NCBI GenBank assembly: GCA_964270895.1
Contig: OZ185442.1
Length of the DNA stretch: 64,000 nucleotides
Reading direction: 5' to 3' (one strand)
Origin: Podarcis filfolensis
Taxonomy: Eukaryota
Shown one piece after another: positions 58,753 through 64,000 of the stretch (positions within the stretch are counted from its first letter, which is position 1; the number at the start of each line of letters is the position of its first letter). The notes under the pieces are model-generated. The model ran no database searches. It was not told the DNA's origin and was given only the letters and a program-made list of their open reading frames with translations. The position numbers and the translations under genes were made by a program.

Positions 58753-59135
58753 CAGTGTTAAGAATTGAGATATGAAAGCTAGGAGCTAAATGGCACCTTA
58801 ATCCTAGGTTATGGGTGCAACAACGGAATGTCTAGGTGCATTTTTTTAATAACAAGAATACAAGCTGAAAATGAACTGTAGCTAAGATAGTGTTCATTTT
58901 TCACATGGTCTACTCTTTCCCCTACCCACCCCCTAATATTCTTAAAAGGGTCTCTTCTCCAATCTTCAGAGTAGCTGGAGGTGGGGAGGCAGAAAAATGT
59001 CCTCCTTTCCTTCCACTCTGCAGTTTTAATCTGAAATCTTAGGCGCAGTACTGCCCCCAGAGCTCAGAAACCGCTTGCACTAATGAAATTCCCTGTCGCA
59101 AAATATGCCTAGAACAATGGGAATTTCGAACACTG
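58753..59135 (+). mobile_element. hAT MITE family C, complete copy (383 bp)
   Basis: Ends CAGTGTT...AACACTG; perfect 8-bp TSD GTCATATT at 58745-58752 and 59136-59143. Confidence 0.93.
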
Positions 59136-60688
59136 GTCATATTTTTACTGCAGTGTTTTGGAAAGTCAGCTACAGGATGATGTGAAATCTTATGTGTGAA
59201 TCTGGAAATCTAGTTTCATTTATGGTGGAGATGAAAGAAGGGGTGCATTTTGTGAAAATGTTGAGTAGCTTTCCCTTTTGCTAATGACTATTCAGCTGCT
59301 CTAGAGTAAAGGCAGTAGGCATCTGATTGACTGGCATCACCCATGAGACCTGTTCAGTAATGTTCTCAATATCAGTTGGCTTAATTTGTCCTCAGATGTT
59401 GTTATGTAGCCAAATCTGGACATGACATCACATCATTTGCAATGTGATCTCTGATTGGCTGGGCTCATGTAATGTGTAAGAGGGAATTCCTAAATAAAAG
59501 GTGGAAATGACACCAAAGCAAAAGAAGATGGCATTCCAGGCAAAAACAAATAACAATGTTTTTGGAGATAGAGTTGTTGTTTGTTTTTACAGAAGTACTG
59601 TATTGTATTCTCCCTCTGGAAACATATAATTTGTCCCAAGAATATTGGAATATCCATACATTTGGTGTAGCCCTGGTATTCACATCCTAGTTCAGTGTTG
59701 AGCAAATCTGTGCTTTTATTGTTTGGTTTGGTTATTTTCTAAAAATCCATTTATAGCTCCCAAGCATCAACCACCACTCTGTGAGGCAGGGCACAAATTC
59801 AATGTTAGAGAGCAAACAGTACTGTTTTGCAACAGGCAGATTCAATTGCATAACAGATTTAAAGCAGTTGACTTCCAGCTCTGATTTATTTCCAAACTCA
59901 TTAACGTCTGCCATTCAAATGCATGTGGGTGTTTCATTCTTTCCCTGTCTGCCACTTTTATTCTGAATACCAGCCAGGCAAAAATACCCAAGGAGGGTGC
60001 AAAGCAGGGCCAGTGAGAGACATGGCCTGGAGACAGCAGGGGTACCTTGAGGGGAAGTGTGGTATGGGAGAATCCTCTGGTCCAGGTAGAGAGGCTTTGA
60101 GGGCTGTATTCAGCCCCCAGGCCTGAGGTTCCTTGCCCTTGGTTCCATGTGACATAAGAACCTAGCCAGCACCTAAATTGTAAATACTCAGAAGTGGCAA
60201 GATCTCTTCGTATCTCCTCCTTCCTTTCCCAGTTTTTGGATTCATGTTTACATTTGGAACCCTTAAGAGGGAGAAAGCAAATAGACAGGTGTTCGGGGGG
60301 GGGGGGGAAATGTTATGTATTAATTTTATTCAGACTTTCATTTCCTGCCCTTGTAGAATAAAGATGCCACTTGTAACATCTTACAACATAAGACATTATG
60401 ATTTTATAAAATAAAGCAATTACAATTACAAAATAACATAAAGCAATTTGCTGGTATAAAACAGTCTTCAGTAAACCAGCAAAAACAATGAGGGATGTGG
60501 CAGTGGGTGGAAGACTGTACTACGTGGGCAGTGTGTTTTATAATCTGGGTAAAGCCACTGAAAAGGCCGTCTGTCTTGTTCCACTCAGTCATGCTTTCAC
60601 TCTATACAGGACACAGGGAAAGGAACTTCCTTCAGATCTTAGGGAGCAGGCAGGATAGCATGGTAGGAAGCAATCCTTGGATCTACAC

Positions 60689-60825
60689 CAGTGATGGGGA
60701 ACTTCTGTCCTCCAGATGTTGCTGTACTAAAACTTCCATTGTCCTTGTCTATTGGCCATGTTGACTGGGGCTGATGGGAGCTGGAGTCCAGCCACATCTG
60801 GAAGGCCACAGGTTCCCAATATCTG
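60689..60825. mobile_element. Family B palindromic hAT MITE
   Basis: CAGTGATGGGGAACTTCTGTCCTCCAGATGT...ACATCTGGAAGGCCACAGGTTCCC. Further partial copies at ~785-822, 13700-13790, 53630-53722 and 55315-55380. Confidence 0.8.
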
Positions 60826-61011
60826 GCAACCTCCATTTAGGGATTTGAAGCTTATCACCAGTATATTGAATTATGAACGGGTAACCAGTGCAGCTGTCAC
60901 AGGTTCAGTGTAAAGGGGTCACAGCAAGTTTTCAGCAGCTATCTGGACCAGTTGCAGTTTTCGGAGACTCTTCTAAGGTACGGTAGTTGAATATAGAATG
61001 TACCGCTGTAA

Positions 61012-61465
61012 TCCAACCAATCCAAATAACTTTATTGTACTAGCCATAGGCCATGACAAATCTCGTTCAAAAATAAATACAAGCAAAAGGGTGCCAAAAA
61101 TAATGGTCTCTATTTAGATCTCTGCATCTGCCTTACAGTTCACTGCTATATTGTCCACAGTCTACTTTCTGATCTTTTTGGCTGCCAAAGCAAAAAGGGC
61201 AACTTTATGAACCACTTAATTGTTTACATCGCTAACAAGCCATAGGGCCTCGTCTGCTGGGGAGAGACATCTTCCTGTAGGGATGGTAAGGTGAGAAATC
61301 GCCTCCTGGGTCCAATGTATAGTGGGCAATATAGTAAATAATGCAAGTTGTCTTCCACCTGTGGTTGCCCACATATGCAGAGTCTGTCTTTGTACGGTAT
61401 GCTGTTATATTGTCTGTCTAGTACGGAGGAGGGCATAGCTTGAAAATGCAGCTCAGTAAAAGCGA
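61012..61465 (-). mobile_element. Non-LTR retrotransposon 3' end with C-terminal CCHC zinc knuckle (clade unresolved)
   Basis: Minus-strand translation AFTELHFQAMPSSVLDRQYNSIPYKDRLCICGQPQVEDNLHYLLYCPLY..PR..FL, then AATAAA and a (TTGGA)-like tail. Confidence 0.8.
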
Positions 61466-61571
61466 ATCATGTGTGGCTGGCCAGAGATTCGACAGGCAAC
61501 TGGCTCTAAAATGGACCATTTTTAGAAGGGGGAACCAAGGAGAGCATTTAGAGGATTTGATCGCTTGCAGG

Positions 61572-62004
61572 TCCCAGTAGTGATATATGGAAGTGAGAAC
61601 TGGACCATAAAGAAGGCTGATCACCGAAGAATTGATGCTTTTGAATTATGGTGCTGGAGGAGACTCTTGGGAGTCCCATGGACTGCAAGAAGATCAAACC
61701 TCTCCATTCTGAAGGAAATCAGCCCAGAGTGCTCACTAGAAGGACAGATCCTGAAGCTGAGGCTCCAATACTTTGGCCACCTCATGAGAAGAGAAGACTC
61801 CCTGGAAAAGACCCTGATGTTGGTAAAGATGGAGGGCACAAGGAGAAGGGGACGACAGAGGAGGAGATGGTTGGATAGTGTTCTTGAAGCTACCAGCATG
61901 AGTCTGACCAAACTGTGGGAGGCAATGGAAGACAGGAGTGCCTGGTGTGCTCTGGTCCATGGGGTCATGAAGAGTCGGACACGACTAAACAACAACAACA
62001 ACAA
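61572..62004 (+). mobile_element. RTE-BovB LINE, 5'-truncated 3' end
   Basis: Uninterrupted frame PVVIYGSENWTIKKADHRRIDAFELWCWRRLL.VPWTARRSN...LKLRLQYFGHLMRR..SLEKTLML..MEG.RRRGRQR.RWLD; (AAC)n tail; possible TSD GATCGCTT / GATCACTT. Confidence 0.97.
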
Positions 62005-62399
62005 GATCACTTAGTGAGTCTGTCCAGTGGCACCAATCCCTTAATTTGTGTTTGCCTGTGCATATGTAATCCAACCTGAAATATGGGGAAAGGTTTAAGC
62101 ATATCTCATTATTTTTAGCTGCAAATTGTCTACTCCCAAGGATTCTTCTATTCCAGACTGAGTGCTTCTTGGGCTAAATTGTTCACTGTTGTATTGAAAT
62201 GTATAGCTTGGACCTGCAGCCAAGGGGGAGATGGAAACAGGGTCACCCAGTTGGCTCTGTTACTGAGACCATCCTCCCTTTAGTTCCTCTTCTCCCTGAA
62301 CTGTTCCCATCTCAGCTGCTTATGATAAGAACTCTGTAACTTTAAAACCTTGGGTCTGAGTTAACTACTCCTCTCACTTTTTCATTTCTTTCCCCCATG

Positions 62400-62485
62400 G
62401 TTGTGCCTCAGCGGTAGAGCAGCTGCCTGACCTGCTTAAGATCCCCAGCATCGCTGATGGGGCTGGGGAAAACTGCTGTCTGAGG
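62400..62485 (+). mobile_element. Decayed tRNA-derived SINE head
   Basis: GCCTCAGCGGTAGAGCAGCTGCCTG...ATCCCCAGCATC...GGGCTGGGGAAAAC. Confidence 0.55.
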
Positions 62486-64000
62486 GTAGGGACAATGTTT
62501 TGTTTTTGATTCTTAAATAATCTGCAAGCTCCTCTGTGAGTCTTTTTTCTGAGGTAGAAATGCTTTAAAAAGAAATAATAGCCTTAGGGCTCTAGCTACT
62601 GCTACTACTTGAGTGGTGCTTGTGAGAATTCAAAGGTATCCACCCTTATCTTTTGCCCTGCTATTTCCAGGTCTGCACTATAACACTCTGTGTCTGAGCG
62701 TTTGTTTGTCCCAAGCTTTACCATGAAAACTGCTCTTTAAAGCAGAATTGGAACAAATGTCAATTCGGTTTTCTGCGAATTGACCTATGCTCCGATTGAG
62801 TGTTAAAGGGCAGGTTTTTGTGTAGAAAGCTCGGGGGGGGGGGGGAATGGTGCTTGGACACAGAGCTTTAAATTGTAGGCTGTGCCTGTAAAGAGCAGAG
62901 TGTGGATAAGCCCTTAGTTTTAATACTACACTTTATCTTCTTCCAAACCATTAGCTTTTGGTGGAAGCAAAGTTGGTGACTATCTTCTTACAGTGGAACC
63001 CTGTACTGCATGAGGCTTAGCTAGTCATTTCCTCCTACTCTTGCTGTTTTCTACCAGCAGGCTTTTGCCCTGCGAGGTAGAAAAAAATGTTTTGGTTGGA
63101 TGGTTGCTTTATCTGTCATACAGGCACCTGTTGCATTTTGCTGATGCCTGGTTTTATTGTGGTTCTGAAATTTTTATTGATGCAAGCCACCTTGCATAGG
63201 CATCTGAAAGATAGGTTTAAAAAAATATGACAAATTCCTCTCCCCTCTCTATGCTCTTTCCCAACCTTATTCTGTATACAACACCAATGTCTTGGATTAT
63301 ATGTATACAACCTGGGAAAAGAGACAATGCACGTACTTTTGTAAACTAAGAAAATCTTTTTTAAAAATAAAGTATTATAAATATGAGAAATGAGCTGCCA
63401 ATAATTCTACAAAAGCTGTAGCGCCAGGGTGGGGATCCTTGGCTCTTGGTAAAGTATTCAGCACCTCCTGTGCACACTCACAATAAAAACATCTCTGCAG
63501 AATTCCAGGGTCCTTTCTGTGTGCCTTCCTATGAAATCCTAACTTGTAAAGAGCTACTTGTTCCTCCAAATGATGTTTGGGGTTCAGAAGAAAGGCCTTT
63601 TACATCTGGAAGTATCTAGTGTCCACATAAATAATTTTATTAGGAACCCTTTCTTCATGCGTGCGTCAAGAAAATCAACCGCTGAAGCATGACGCCCTTC
63701 CACATGTGAATGTATAGTGTAATTGTCAGAGATCCAAGTCTGGCAAAACAAAAATTAGTGGGAAGAGAGAGAGAAAAATATCACCCCCATGGAAATTTTG
63801 CTTAGCAGCTGCATCTGAAATCGGTGCTACTCTCCCCAACCCCACACAAAGGAAGCCTAGTTCCAAATTTTCTGTAATTAGAAAGCATTTTTTCCAACCA
63901 CATCATATGTTCATATACCTCTGAGCACTGACCTTTAGAACATGAAACACTGAAAAGTGGAATGCAATGTGGGGCACAAATGTTCTTATGCCATTGATGC

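Noticed and set aside
27918-64000. Strand bias of retro-insertions as evidence for transcription direction
   Set aside because: CR1 and BovB copies are mostly sense and SINEs mostly antisense; too few and too mixed to be informative.
1-64000. CRISPR array, operon or other prokaryotic or viral gene system
   Set aside because: No regularly spaced repeat-spacer array, no long ORFs and no gene-dense region; the content is typical vertebrate non-coding DNA.

Overview
This is vertebrate genomic DNA, almost certainly from a squamate and probably a lacertid lizard. That is inferred from Sauria-type SINEs with (TTTACC)n tails, a BovB LINE, and the L2/CR1/hAT-MITE content; the species cannot be fixed. 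I can support no intact protein-coding exon. The recognisable ORFs in the track are decayed LINE fragments (L2, CR1, RTE/BovB, and a CCHC-knuckle LINE), MITE-derived, or read through the 161-N gap. The main host-gene signal is a probable + strand promoter and non-coding first exon at about 27.4-27.9 kb. It ends in a canonical AAG|GTAAGG donor, contains only one ATG (a Met-Glu-stop micro-uORF), and sits in a roughly 3.5-kb stretch with no recognisable TEs. The 36 kb downstream is then probably a long first intron with enhancer-like blocks and some weak candidate alternative exons or microexons. The gene cannot be named. The rest is a dense, layered transposon landscape with several nested insertions whose target-site duplications (TSDs) can be read directly. 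I found no convincing novel multi-gene system. The best leads are a tailless tRNA-Ile retrocopy, a SINE insertion with an extra 32-bp junction duplication, a 21-bp stem hairpin, tandem STAT sites, several unclassified hAT-type MITE families, and a weak rhabdovirus-G-like motif in overlapping minus-strand ORFs.
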